Notes: a model not told the origin generated them from the sequence alone. 64,000 bases of DNA from Eremomyces bilateralis CBS 781.70 (GCA_010015585.1 ML975157.1), one strand, 5' to 3'; counted from the first letter of the stretch, positions 38,979-52,560 are shown. Made by a program: numbers and translations.

Positions 38979-40621
38979 ATGGTACTCTCACTGTCGTACC
39001 GTAGGCCTTCCTACGTTTCCTCTCCCGTCGATTCTATAGACGCGAGTAAGAAGCGAAAGCCCATCAACGAGTCGATCGATTCTCGGAGCCCTTTGGTACG
39101 TGGCATTCCAGACGCCTTGTCTTTTGACAAGATTATCAACGACGGAACTTGCCCAGTGAGTCCACCATCCGGACTTTAAACTGGCTCAGCTGACTGTCTG
39201 CGTAGCCATGCACCCTCCGTGACTTCCTCAACTATCTAAAATACGTCGAGCGCTCCGCAGAGAACCTTCAGTTCTTCCTGTGGTTCAAGGCCTACATCCA
39301 GCGCTTCAGCGCTCTTCCCGAAAGCGAGAAGGTCCTCTCCCCGGAATGGACCGCGCAACAGGCAGAGGCGGAGGATGCCGCCTACAAGGCTACTGTTGCT
39401 ACTACTGCCCGGAAAACGAATATATCCCCAGATGCCGCTCTGGCCTTTGACAGCACAATCTTCGCGATCGTGCCTACGATGGGCGCTGGTTGTAGCGCCG
39501 TGAATCCGTTCAACCCACCTTCGCACAGTCCGGTCCATGGCGCTGAAGATTCCACGTCGAGCGAATACAATGAGAACGTCAGTGGAAACAGCGCCGCTCC
39601 AAGCCGCACGAGCATCTACAGGAAAACAGAGGCGGCGTACGGAGAAGCTGACGTGAAACTGCAGCCTTGTAAGTCACTGTCGCCCTCCATCTTAAGCACC
39701 AAAAAGTAAGGCATTTTCCACGAGAGGAACCGCAGAATGCCATGGCGATAAGCACCTTCGCTAATCTCGATTCCATAGTCACCGTGCAGCCCTTCCGCGA
39801 AGAAATTACCCGCATCATCACCATCTACATCGCCGACGATGCACCACGCCAGCTCAACCTTTCCGGCCGCGAGCGTGCTGCCCTGCTCAACGCACTGAAA
39901 GTCACCACCCATCCGACGGTGTTCCGTGAGGTGCTCGCCACCGTTGAGTGGTCGCTCCGCTGCCAGGCGCACCCGAACTTCATTCTCTGGAGCATCTACA
40001 ATGGAAACCCCCCGCGCATCACCTTCGCGCGGGGTCTGGGGGTAGGTGGGATTGTTGGGGGCATCATTTGTGGCATGGTGCTCGCTCTGAGCAGTGCAGG
40101 GAAGGCGTGGAGGGTGTTTTCGTTCGTGGGATTCTTCATTGGAATCGCAACTTCGATCGCTGCGTGGAAGGGCATGTGCGTGGTAAGTTTCCCTCGCACG
40201 CAATCCGCGTCCGTGTGCGTGAGGGAACAGGAGTGACTGACTGGAACCCACGCAGGTTCTTCATGGCATGCATCACCGTCATCTCCGACCTTGGGAGCTG
40301 TTCGGCGACGCGGAACTCTACGAACCAATGGTAGCTGCAGGCGTCGTGGAGGTCAAGGCCGCATCGGAGAAAAGGCTGGGCATCTCGTCCGTGTCTCTGA
40401 CGTCCAGTTACTCGAACTCGTACGAGGATGAGCCGTGGGTCGCCAAGTACGAGAAGCGCACCGTCGTCCGCAAGGTCTTCGATCGCGAGGTATGGATCAA
40501 GGAGCCGGCGTTGCGGCAGATTCAGGATACCATCTTCCTCCAAGCCATCGTTGGGGGGTTGATCATCGGTGGAGCGGCGACGGGCATCTTCTGTGCTGTG
40601 CCCACGGGCGAGTACTTCTAG
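38979..40621 (+). CDS. Fungal RGS-domain membrane protein (Rax1/RgsB-like), 4 exons
   Basis: GIPDALSFDKII..GTCP / PCTLRDFLNYLKYVERSAENLQFFLW / QPFREEITRI...QLNLS...HPNFI.WS..NGN, TM helices, KGMCV / HHRHLRPWELF, and a C-terminal TM. Confidence 0.87.
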
Positions 40622-41397
40622 GTTCTATGGGAAATGGGTGCAACGGGCGGATCGAAGAATCAGAAGGCGCATCATGGCGTTATTTGGATTTTATGGATGG
40701 GGATCGATTGTTGCTAGGGAACTCGGAACCGATAGGATTCCGCAGCCGCAGTGAGGAGGCTAGAATGATCCCGCCGCTGGGGATCAATCAGATCGACAAC
40801 ATCCTTTGTGAATTGTGAGGCCATCTTTCACCTCCGGTGAAACAGAGGCCGTCTCATGCAATTTCCTTCGCTGAACTTGTAAAAAATGCAACATATTGGC
40901 ACGCGGTGATATAATGGCTTAGTTAAAGTTAAATTTAGGCTCAAGTTCGCCTACATTTGGTTGGTTCTTGTCTGGAAGACCGTTCCGGAATCTCTAATTT
41001 CGGATCCCTGCTCCGCTACTAACTATACACTTATTAGTTATATCTTCGTGTCTGTTTACTAGACTACGAGTGGTGCCAACTTCGCATCTTTCGCCATTAA
41101 CATCATTAGAATCAATCATTGAAGTGTAACATCAAATGCTTAACCATGATGAAGGGCTGTTATGATTCTGACCTGCACGGGATGGCAGCTACCTTCAAAG
41201 CCAGTTTATAGAATCATCTATTCGGTCTACTCGTTCGGAACCGAAGTTTAAATCTCCCACTGTTGGGCACTGACGGGAGAGAATCGGCTGTGGTCAGGAC
41301 TATGAACGGACATTAACAACAATTTAACCAAGCGATAGCGAACATTGCAGATGATATCGATGGTCGGTCCTCTCTACAGGCTGCTCGAACACCGGAC

Positions 41398-42374
41398 ATG
41401 ACGCCCTGGACCTTCGTCTCGCCGGCCTCTCGAGGGATCGGACATGAAATAGCCCGGCACCTTCTGCAGACGACAAATGTGCCGGTAGTAGTGACAGCGA
41501 GGACTAACTTGGAGGAAGTGAAGAGTTCGTTGTTAAAAGGACTAGGTCCCAGAGAAGAGGGTTCTGGGAAGGATGCTTTAGAAAAGAGGCTGCATTTGCA
41601 TCACGTCGACGTTCTTGGTATGCTGGCTCCTACCAGGATATCATCCTTGAGTGACGAGAGCTAATGCCTGAATACAATGATCTAGATGACGCTTCAATTT
41701 CGTCCCTCAGCGAATCCCTCAAGTCTACTTTTCCCCCTTCCTCCCACCGCCTCCAGCTAGCGTTCCTTCTCCCTGGCCGGCTCGATCCCGAACGGACGAT
41801 CACTCGCGTCTCCGCCAGCTCCGCGTCATTAACCTTCCAAACCAACATCCTGGGGCCCCTCCTCCTCGCAAAACATCTCTTCCCTTTCCTCCCAACGTCG
41901 AGGACCTCATTGCCTCCCTCGGACGACGCATCCACCCATCTACCACGCACCTCCACCATCGCCTTCCTCGCCGCCCGCGTCGGCTCCATCTCCGACAACC
42001 GCTCCGCCGGCGGTTGGTACAGCTACCGGATGAGCAAGGCGGCGATATTCCAGCTAGCGAAGACGCTCGACCTGGAGCTGCGGCGGACGGCGGGGGACCG
42101 GGCGATGGCGGTGGCGCTGCATCCGGGGACGGTGCGTACGGGGCTGAGTCGGGAGTTCTGGGGGAGGGTGAGGGGGGAGAAGTTGTTTGATCCGGCGTGG
42201 GTTGCGGGGAGGCTGGTGGGGCTGTGTGATGGACGGGCGGAGGATGCGGGGTGGTATGGTGGTGAGGTGGGGGAGAAGTCGAGGCGGGAGATGGAGAAGG
42301 GGAGGGGAAGGAGGATAGGGATTGAAGGGAGAGGGCGGTGTTGGGATTGGAAAGGGGATGAGGTACTCCCATAG
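41398..42374 (+). CDS. Short-chain dehydrogenase/reductase, CsgA/C-factor-like, 2 exons
   Basis: SPASRGIG nucleotide-binding motif, N.LGPLL..KH, AARVGSISDN...GGWYSYRMSKAA (YxxxK), LHPGTVRTGLS, WDWKGDEVLP*. Confidence 0.88.
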
Positions 42375-42551
42375 TTGCTGTGGTGCGCGGGATTGTTCAC
42401 GGGGAGCATTTCGGCACCGAATCTAGGGACATCGGAATGATATCTCGTCATTTCTTGCATTCGTGACCAGCGGAAAAGCTGGCAGTGACTAGTAAAACAT
42501 TACACCCAACTCGCATCTTGAGATGACCGTGAAGACATGATATGTCACCCT

Positions 42552-42805
42552 TCACTTCTCTTTCTTGTTCAACTCCTCCGCCCTCTTCTTGAGCTCCTCC
42601 TTCGACGCCGGCTTCTCGATGCTTTCAGGGATGACGGGGCCGAGATTGGCTCGATGGGCATTCGCATGCACGTCCTTTGCTGATTGTGCATCCGGGTTGG
42701 TGGCGGACTTGACATCTATCGCATCCTGTTAGCTTTAGCCATCCGGGACGCGTTGACTGATCGGCACCGACCTTTGGCCATCTCGCTATCGGGGATGATG
42801 GGCAT
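42552..42805 (-). CDS. Small hydrophilic protein, 65 aa, 2 exons (absent from the ORF track)
   Basis: Exon 1 42805-42772, intron 42771-42716 (GTCGGT...CTAAC...GATAG), exon 2 42715-42552. Product: MPIIPDSEMAKDVKSATNPDAQSAKDVHANAHRANLGPVIPESIEKPASKEELKKRAEELNKKEK*. The start context is CAACCATG. Confidence 0.8.
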
Positions 42806-42930
42806 GGTTGCGGGGGTGGTGCTTAGAACTTTCTGATTGTATACGAGGTTGTTGTTACTTATCGATTTGGAGTTTGAAGTTTGAAAGTTGAAAGTGCTTT
42901 CGTTTCCATCCGACGTAGGTTGGATGATAC

Positions 42931-42979
42931 TTTATATCATTTGAGGTCCAGAATGCACCTCGCGGCAGGTGATGACGTA
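42931..42979 (-). promoter_or_regulatory. Putative core promoter of the 65-aa gene: TATAAA (42936-42931) and a CRE-like TGACGTA (42973-42979)
   Basis: Motif matches about 125-170 nt upstream of the ATG; function is inferred only. Confidence 0.4.
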
Positions 42980-43661
42980 GGTTGTCTGGGATCTATGGTA
43001 CAACCAGCCAGACTGCCAGGGCCCAGATGTTCCTCACGGTCTCCGTCACTTCCATTCTAAGTCGGGCATGCGTGAACGCGTCTGACGCGTCAGCTATCAC
43101 TATGCTCTGTCCGCCTTCAAACTTGTTACATGTTCTACAAGACTACAACATGTAGTAGAGCAAAGATCTAGATCTGCATTCTTCATTTCTATTGATGAAG
43201 GAGCCTGATGTTTATAGACCAAGGATCATCGTTAAGCTCATCCCATGCCATAGACCTTGGAGTCCTTTTTGACTTGGCCTGCAAGTGCCCTTTAATACCT
43301 GAGATCGGCTTGAGAAAGCATAGCGAGCTTGTCTACGTTTGACTTGAAGTGTCAGCAGTGTTATTCTCAGTTCGTTCGATCTCATTGATGGTCTCCCATT
43401 TTTGTGCCTCTTTTCAAGCGGATGAAGCCTTCCTACGTTTGAACCACGTTCCACTGTATTCGTTTTCGAGTCCGATATGGCCATTTTCAATATGCGATCG
43501 CAAATTGGCAATAACAAAATTTTGGGCTTTCACTGACCAGAATCAATCTGCGATTTGTTGCACAGTAATGTTATCTTCAGATTCTGTCCATTCAAAAGAA
43601 AAGGCTCTCAAGGGATTGGGTATCTAAAACAATGCAATATACGCCAAGGACAAGAATCATA

Positions 43662-46600
43662 TCACGCCTGTCCGCCGTTCCGTAACAGCAATTCCACGGC
43701 GCGATCCATCCTCAAACCATCCCCTAGATCCGTCTTCCTTAACGCGTATTTCGCTTCCTCCGCCGTGAATCCCATCTCCACAATCCGGAAGATGGCACGC
43801 TCCGCACTGTTCGCCGCCGGATCCGTGTCCGGTGCCATGGCCAGCTGCAGTGGATGTTGTAATGCAGGCACCGGCGGGGTGGGCGGTGGTGAGCGGTGGG
43901 GTGGCCCGGCGGCTGAAGGGTGGTTGGAGGTGGGGTTGGGGGTAAAAGGGGGGGTGAGGCACGCCGAGTGGAAGGCCGGAGGCGGAGTGAAGGTTGGGGA
44001 GCTACGGGGGATGCGTTGTTGCTGGCTAAAAAGCGGTGGAGGTATGTGTCGGAGGGCAGGAGGACCAATTGGGCGGGAGCGGAAGGCAGGGTGCAGCTGG
44101 GAAATCTGGGGGGTAGAAGGTGGAGACGATGGGTTTCCGGAGGGATGAGAGAGCGACTGGGATGAAGAGGAAATAGAAGGTGGGCTAGGAGGTTGGGGAG
44201 CTGGCGTATAGTGCCGCTCACTGCCATAGAGGGAGTTGTGCCCATTGTTGACCTTGTAGACAGGATGCAGAGGCGAGGTGGCGATAGGGCTGGCAAACCT
44301 GTCCAAAGCCCCTTCCCATTCGCTCATTGGTCGCTCTTCTTCGAATCCGGTATTCGACCAACTTAGTGACGCTGCGTAAGGAGCACCGTCGGAACTACCG
44401 ACACTACGCTTGCTGTCGCGCAGCTCCACGGCGAGGTTCTTACCGCGGAAGCGCCGGATTTCTTCCATCTCGCGACGGAAGCTATCAGCAGGAGTGAGTA
44501 CGCTGCTGAGCTTCTCTTCGTATACGCGAGAGACGGCTTCTTTCAGAAAGGTCGAGCGTGAGCCACCAGGAGCTGGGATCGTCCATCGGGTCCACCCGTT
44601 CACTTTCGCGACAGCAAACGCTTGTGCGGAGGGAGTTGGAGGGCAGGTGGCCAACGTAAGGAGCGGTGAGAGGCCGAGGGTAAGGAGGTGATACTGGAAC
44701 TCTTCTGAGGGCCGTGTTAGGAGTAGGCCTTTTGAAATTTGTCAATGACTTACCAAGCATCGCCTCCTCGCCATCAATATCTCCGCCTCGCACGTCAGTT
44801 GGGTCAAACACACCATACCCCCTCGCTTGTTCAGTTCTCCCTTGAAGACCATGGAGTAATGTTCCCAGACAATTCCAGATTTCCGTCATGTTGTACAATT
44901 CCTCAGCTGACAACCCTTCCTCTGAATTGAATTGGGATACATTTCCTTTGCCAAAATGCTCTGCTGCGCTCAGTAGCACTGAGCTTATATAGAAGGAATC
45001 GTTAGAGACGATGGAGCTAGTACAAGTCACCTGGTGTGCGAGGACGCCGCCCTTCAGCCAGTCCGTCTGCGCAATGATGTCATCTTCACGACCACGGCCT
45101 CGACCAAAGATTCGACAAAAGGTCCAAATTCGCCAGAATGCGTCGTTAATGGCGCGAGCATTCGCAATGGCTGCTGCATCCGACGGATTCGGATTGGAGA
45201 GCGCGGCAACAGTCGTCGGGCGAAGAAAGGATTGGCAGCGCTCCAGAACCAGGAGCTTAAGAGCCGCAATGATGTATGTGTCGCGAGTGAAGAAGCGAAT
45301 ATAGGATGTAGGGGTGTGTTTGGATTTATGCGCTGCACTTTCAGGTTCAGATCCTTGATTGCGGTCAATGGCCGAGATAGGAGACATTAAGTCCTCGTCA
45401 GGATGAGTAACTTCCGTCGTACCCGCTGGAGGGTGGGCCGGTGTCAACGTCTCGAGGTATTCCCAGGCAGCAGGTGACTGCTTGCGGAGGACGGTGCGAA
45501 TGAGGTGCATTTCGTGGCGCTTGAAGACGCGGTAGAAGCCCTTGTTGGTTAGGGCTGCGGCGAACAAGTCGCCCAAGTCGTCCAGATTTTCCATGATTTT
45601 TTGGATAATGATCTCTGCAGCCGGTGGAGTGATCACCCGCTCGTGCTGGGCTACTTTGTCTTGAAGCATCAAGGATCTTGTTGACGGAGCGGTCTGCTCA
45701 TAGAACCCAATGATCGTCGACTCTCCTATAGAAGTATGCGAATGATGACGATGGTCTACCTCATAGCGGCTTGGGCATGACTTGGGAGGTTGAGTCGCCA
45801 GTTGCGGACGCAAATGTTCCGCAAGGTGGAGGGGATGGCTGAGTCGCTTGCTCGACCGTCTTGGGGGAGTCATGGGCGGCGTCATGATGCTCTGGCGTTC
45901 AGGGAGCACAAAATCGTCCCATTGGAACGGCGAAACTTCGCTGATGGCTGTAAGGTGGATTTCAAGATCGTGTTGCGCTTCGCTCCATGTCGGGCTTGGG
46001 ACGCCTCTGGTATAATTCTTGCTAGTGTTGGTGTTGGCCAAGGGCCGTTGAGAATAACTGGATGGCACCTGCTTTCGCCTTATTCTCGGAGCGACCGGGG
46101 AGAGGGGCGATACAACGCCGCTAAATGGAGCACTGGTTGTCGATGCCGATGACACCGCTGGAGAGTATGTAAGCTCTGCTGCTGGTACTGGCTGCGCAGC
46201 AGGTATAGGCCGTCGCTTCGCCGATGATTGTGAATATTCGAGACCAGCTATCGACAGAGTCTCGTTCTCGAACACTCCTGCATCCACCGGATTTGCAATT
46301 GAGAATGCTGCACTCGTAGTTCGATTGTAAAAGTTGAATGGCCGGGCGGCTTTTGGAGGAATAATAGGCGCAGTCTCCTCAACACTTGTCATTGACGAAC
46401 GATGGCTGTAATTTGACGTATCATCGTCATCTGACCTCACGTCCTCCTCAGAAGTCGAGCTGCTTAAGGAAGGCCGCAATGGCCTCTCTAGAGGGTTGTT
46501 GAATAATTTAGAGGGGATTAGGGTGATTGTCTGCATCAACCTTTGAGACTCTGGAGTATATAATCCTAGTGGGGTGGCGTTCATCGTCTTGGTACCCGGA

Positions 46601-47403
46601 GCTGGCGGCTGGAAGGACGGCGGGGCGACGACAGGTGCCGACTTTGGGGCTTGGGTGACGGACGGTTGGCTGCTATATGTTAAGGCCGGGAGGGGGGTTT
46701 GATACCGATCGGGTGGGATGACCAACTGGATGCGAGGACGCTGTGCTTTTGCACTCGCGCTCCTCGGTGGATCCTTGGCGGGAACAATTGGTGGTAGCTC
46801 AGGCTCATTGACGTCTGCAACAAAAACAGGGATGTTGGTGGGTGTTGCATGAGTGGCAGGCGCGATAGTAATACGCGGCCGTTGCTCAGCCTGTTTAGCG
46901 TCCCAATGGGCTGCACCATCCCGCCAAACTCCAATGACGTTTGGTTTCGGCTCGCAGCTTTGATCTCTCGATTTCGATCTAAAAGAAAATGATCGTTTGT
47001 CCGGCTCGGAATGGGTTGTTCTGTTGCCATGAGACGACGAGGAATCCAGTAAAGGTGGGTTTCCAGCAGAGAGCGGATCCGAACCACTAGACGAACCACT
47101 GGACGGGGTTACTAGTGTGTTGTAGAGAGGGGCCGATATGGTTTGCCTCATATCGGCTTTCGGGACCGCTCGCAGAATAGTTCCTTGTGTCTTAGATTCC
47201 ACGTGACTCTTGCCAAGCTTCGATGCCCACTTACTCCGCGATGGCGGATGGATCTGTGACCGCCGCAGGTTGTCCATGACGAAATTTGTTTGGATCGGAG
47301 CGGGAGTGGTGGCTCTTCGCTGACTGAAAATCGACCTGCTGTCTAGCTGGATAGGAGAAGACGGTTGAGGAGGAGCAAAGGGGGAGTCTCCTTCTTGCTC
47401 CAT
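43662..47403 (-). CDS. Fungal F-box-like protein with a long disordered N-terminus and a C-terminal UBA domain, 2 exons
   Basis: AAEIIIQKIMENLDDLGDLFAAALTNKGFYRVFK (F-box-like), DAFWRIWTFCRIFG...EDDI..Q.DWL, one intron near 44750-44705, C-terminal AIFRIVEMGFTAEEAKYALRKTD...DRAVELLL (UBA). The start is placed at MEQEGD (47403). Confidence 0.8.
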
Positions 47404-49523
47404 GGTTAACGAGATATTATGCGGTAGAAATAACGCGATAAGGAAGAGAGGATAGAACGGATAAACTGAAAAGCAGGCTGTGCCTCGCCCACCAAAAGAC
47501 TCATATACGGCAAGGCAAACAGAGGGGACGCAAGAGGCCGAGAGGATATGGATTGCTAGACCATGCGAACGCAAGATCGAACAGAATTCAGACTGATCAT
47601 TGGTTGTAGACTCGGAAAGCAAATGTAAATCCAGATATGTGGCAGACGCAATATCAAAAACGAGATCAGATGCATGGAAGGTGAGGGAGAGGGCCGGATT
47701 CATATTTCGGACAGGGCAGCGGGGGCTAAAAAGAGACCGATGATGGTAGTACAATACGGCAACTCCACGCTACGGTACAGCCTTCGAGGTGAGATACAGC
47801 CAGATATGGGATCTGTAGCCGGCGGGCCACAAAACGTCCTGGTATTATGGAGCATGATGTATCTTACTAAATTCCGGATGATGAGAGTGACTCTGAGGTC
47901 AGAATACCAACCGTCAGGCATGCTACGAGCGATGATGTGGCAAGGATTGAGGTGGTGGAAGGGAACTCAAATACTTGAATGTAGGTCAGAAGTTCCTTGG
48001 AAACTTAATGGAAGGGTACGAGGGGGAACTGAAAATAGATCGATGAGGCGCAATCGCCCCCACAGCCGGGAGATCAGCTCGATGTAGCCAATCATGATCA
48101 TCCATCCAGGACACCCATGCCAGCAGCCTCCCTTAACCCCACCTGGTCATCGAGCTGGTGCAGCTTGCGAGGCGCTTTTTTTACCCTCCCATCATCGCTC
48201 AATACGACAACATCGACAATTTGACATCTTGTTCAGTTGTTCTCACTCATGAAAAGACGTTGCATACGGATAGGATCTTGCCATGTCGTCTTTCTAGCTA
48301 GGGGTGGGCTGGACGAGGGTAATATGTTATCGAACTGCCCGTCTACATCGAGCTAGGAGACCGGTTCTCATGAGTTTCTGCCTCGTGCTGCTCCAGATCT
48401 TGACAGCCACAACGCGCCCTCTAATTTCATCCGATCCTCTGATTTCTGCGCCTCATCTATTGATTTGGTTGGTTCTAGACGTCAATTCTGGTTTATTTGG
48501 TATCCTGGAGATACCCTCCCCTTCCACAGTGGGTAATATCGTCCAGCCTCGCTGCCAACGAGACCTTCTACCTATACATTTCCCATATATGAAATCAAGC
48601 AAAGTCAACATCCAGTCCAAGAGCAGATTAATCCGCGTCAGTACCTCAAATCACTGACACTCTCGGGTGCGGTGGCGTGGGTACTTATCTCGAAAACGGT
48701 CAGCGTCCAAATATATTGCATGTTAGATAAGTTCACTCGCATTATGGCGGAATAGATTTGAATTCCGCGCCTTACTGACGATTTCACGTACCTATCCTAC
48801 CGCAATAGAAATCGCATGCAGCATAGCCGAACGCCAAAGTGGCCTATTTTCGCAGATGGGCCGTGGATGCATCTATCAACATTCATCTCGGTTTTGATTT
48901 CATCAATTCAACCATTAAAACACGATATATCGCGGGCGAAATGGCACGAATGACCTCCAGTCCACTCATTCGCAGCCATGTGATCATCATCAGGGTGTGC
49001 AATTGCTGGCATGCAGTGTCTTGTAAGACTCCATCATGTACGGCCTCGGTTGGGATCATCTTCGACTCATAGCGATATGCGCACTTTGCTACCCGAGGGA
49101 ATGAATTCCGGATAAAGGTGGTCGGTCAGTCATTTCTGGTCGCATGACCTCATTGGCTTAACGGCATACCTACCTAGTCAGCCCTGCTTGCCAACGTCTT
49201 GATCGGTGAGAGACATATTCTGGACACCTCCCTCTCACGCTACTAAACACCAACCACTGCCCCTCGAAACATCCCGAACGCCTATATCATACTTTAGTGT
49301 ACCCAGCTTGATAATGGGAAGATTGTCTTCATCCTCCTCTTCGGTTACTATACATGGGACTGAAGTCATGGCACTTGTTTTGGCATCGACATACATCTTG
49401 GCCTAATCCATCAGCGCTGGGACACCCTCTCTCTGCTTTTCGACCAGGTTAGGCTCAACAGTAGTCCTTTCAATAGGTATATAGTACGTCTAGTTGAACC
49501 TTCAGAATGTTAAATACGCATAG

Positions 49524-52500
49524 GCGAAGCCAGTACTCGAAAGGTCGAGGAAGACAACCGGAAAGTACAAAGGGCAGAAGAAGGATCCGCGATATCGGTA
49601 TAAGGAAGGATTGGACGAATGTGACCGTGGATGATATTGTTGCCGGTTTGTCTGTGATTGTATGAATATCTCTGGATCTATTTCTATGCTCTAATAATAC
49701 TCTAACTGGCCTATAGGGAAACTGTATCCCTCACTTCGGAGGAGTACCTTGCCGGCCCCGAGAAATATCCGAATGCATCTCCGCCGCCATTGCCTAGCGA
49801 CTTACTTCCACGATTCGGGAACGAGACATCCGAACAGCTGAACTGGAGAGGAAGGAATATAACACCTACTATAGCTGTCACTCCCAGGCTGACAGATCGC
49901 GATAGCAGCAAACCCGAAGTGGATCTGGGCAATCGTTCTCTCCCCACAGATCCAGGCGATTACGTTACGATGTCATATCATCGCAACAGCAAGAATGTAG
50001 TGGACAGTTCGAGCATTGAGATGTACTTGATGCGTAGAGATAGCTGGGAAGAGATCCAGAGAGTTGTAGAATCCTACTTGTTGGAAGACACCGGTGGTAT
50101 CTGCTATGCGAATTTTAGTATCGACTGGGATCTGACAAACTTCATCGGCAAGGAACTGGATGGCACCGCTGAGAACTTGGATAAATGGCTGACCATCTCC
50201 GGAACAATGCATGAAGCATATGCAGCAAGCTGTGTACAATACATGGCATCGGTTGAAGCCTGGAGCGAGCTGGGTACCAGTCTTATTGATATAATCAAAA
50301 AGGCATCTGCAGTAATGTCAAGTTATGAAGCTCAAGGTGAGTAGCGTTTTCTGTTTAGGATGACTACTGCTCTCATGGGCAAAAGGAATAGCGTATACAA
50401 TGGCCTCGTGGAGTTTTATTTTTTGCGTGAAGAACCTCGAACCTCGAACCTCGAACCAATACGGCTAGACATGGATAGAGATGATCACAGCTTCACACAT
50501 TCGGGGCCACTCCCTGCTTCGAAGAACGACCACGACAAGATGACCCGGACTGACTGGATACCTCCACCAGTGCAAACGGCGTCCCTCAGAAAAACAGTTC
50601 CAAGCGCAACAACAAGCAGGCCACCAGTGTCTGAAGTTATTTCAGTGGATGTCTTTTTTGTTTCACAAATATAGATTGCTGACGCAGTTTCATAGCCGTA
50701 AATAGCCCCTTCCAGACACTCTTGCTGAGATTAGTTCCAAAGGATCCCTGGAGTAGCGAAGAGTGCTATAGCATCGTATGGGCAGCGGGCCCAAAAGCAC
50801 ATATTACTGCACTTGCGCAACAACTAGTCTGGATTGCTGCAGTACTTCGTGTCCCTAATACGGAGATATCCTACTCCGACGTGCAGATGTCTCCAGAAGA
50901 GAGGTGGTGGAAGGGGTTCGAGCGAGCCGAACGTGATCCTAAGATGCGCGACCCTGACGAAGCAGCTGAATTCAGCATTACAGTCAACAGCACTGTACAA
51001 ATACCTTCCACTGAAAGGAGATGCTGGGCTTCACTGTTCGATGGATGTGTGGTTGCACGCGGGTTTCCAGCCCCTGAACGCGGTGATGAAATTGGCCTCG
51101 AACTGCCGTTCGACATGATGACAGAGTTCTCTAGCATGTCATATATGTTCGAGTACCCGAAAGGGTTGGCGATGAGAGGCTACTCTTCTATTCTCATCCC
51201 TCAGCGGGAAACACGGCACGGAGTACAATGGCACTACGTCCACAAAGATCCCAAACAAGGAGAGCTCATGATTACCGACGTCGAGGATCAGTTCCAAGAT
51301 GCCTTTCGAAGGAACCCAGTCCAGGAACCGATGGAATGCACTAATGTGTCTCCCTACGACCCCGAGACCAATCGTGTGAATATACCGCCTCGAAGGGATG
51401 GATATCATCCTCTATTTGTCGACTTTTCAACGAAACGAGCCTTTCTTGGCCACAGCACAAGCTCCTTGGTGTACCTCGGTGCCAGGAATCTCGAAACCGG
51501 AGAAACAGAGTGCGGCACTATCCGACCGACTGACGCTGGCATTGATAAATCGACCTGGATAGCTAGGGAGGCAGTATCGACCCTCGTTGTCCCAGGTATG
51601 GGTATTCTGGGTGCTAATCTGCAAGCAAAATTTATTGTCTCGAAAGCAACGAGCACGAAGCACTTCTCAACAATTCGCCAAAACCTCTTGGATCGATTAA
51701 CAAATGCGAAGAACCGCAACACAATCGTTGTAGATGTTGGCACGAAGCAAGCCTATTACGTGTCAGAGCTCAGTGTCGTTTTAGAGGCACTCCATATCTG
51801 GGCCAAAAATCGGGAGGATGAGGCGCTTTTGGAAATTATCCCACGTGCAACTCCTTCGCCAGATGGCGGGAATGCTTCATACAATGCGATATTTGAATCG
51901 AGGGGCGCCCTTCTAGTAGAAGGCTTGGGAAATGAAAAGGATGTGCATGTGGCCGATCAAGTACACGCCATCATGGACGAGATCGAACTTCGCAAAGATT
52001 GTAACCTCTCGAGTCAAGAAGAAGGTGCAAGGGTTAGAACATTCCTTAGAAGCGGACGTCGTCTGTATGGATGGGACTTATTCGACGTTGCGCTCGGCAT
52101 CAGAGGAAGCTCCAGGAAGTTTGTCGACGTTGACCCGACCAGGAGCGGGAACTGGGTAACTATACCGGAAGTGGACAAAAGCATGATTGTCCTGTTCACG
52201 CAAGGGTTGAAGCAACCAATACGGCCGGCCTCCTCACACGGTTTATGTCGAACTTGGAACCCCCTCCCGGAACAGCGATTCTTACTCCTAGCCAGCATCC
52301 CCTGCATTCTGCGAAAGTGTTCTCAAGACAACCCCAAGTTGTCCGAGTTCCACCACTGCGTCCCATCTCCCCAAAGCAAGCTGTTTGAACCATGCGAATT
52401 CGACCATGGACCAGTCTGCTACCGTGCCCAGCACCTAGACAAGAAAGTCTCGACACAATCCCTTGATTTTGGTTCGGCTAAAGAAGGCTCTGTCATTTTT

Positions 52501-52560
52501 GGTGGCCAGGGGACCCTCCGCAGGCCCGTTGAAGGACATTGTATGCAGTACACGGGTTGA
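49524..52560 (+). CDS. Uncharacterised fungal protein of a family often seen fused to or annotated as 'Pfs/NACHT-domain' proteins; 5' end uncertain
   Basis: Exons approx. 49524-49597, 49717-50336 and 50696-52560; a phase-compatible intron spans 50337-50695. Motifs QLVWIAAVLR, CWASLF..VVARGFP, GLELPFDMM, GYSSILIP, WHY, GWDLFDV, LFTQGL..PIRP, C..W..LP are recalled from such proteins and were not verified by search. Confidence 0.7.

Noticed and set aside
47404..47754. 117-codon upstream extension of the F-box/UBA ORF (and the similar 60536-60679 extension of the kinase)
   Set aside because: Non-ATG starts and pyrimidine-rich, UTR-like composition; treated as 5' UTR.
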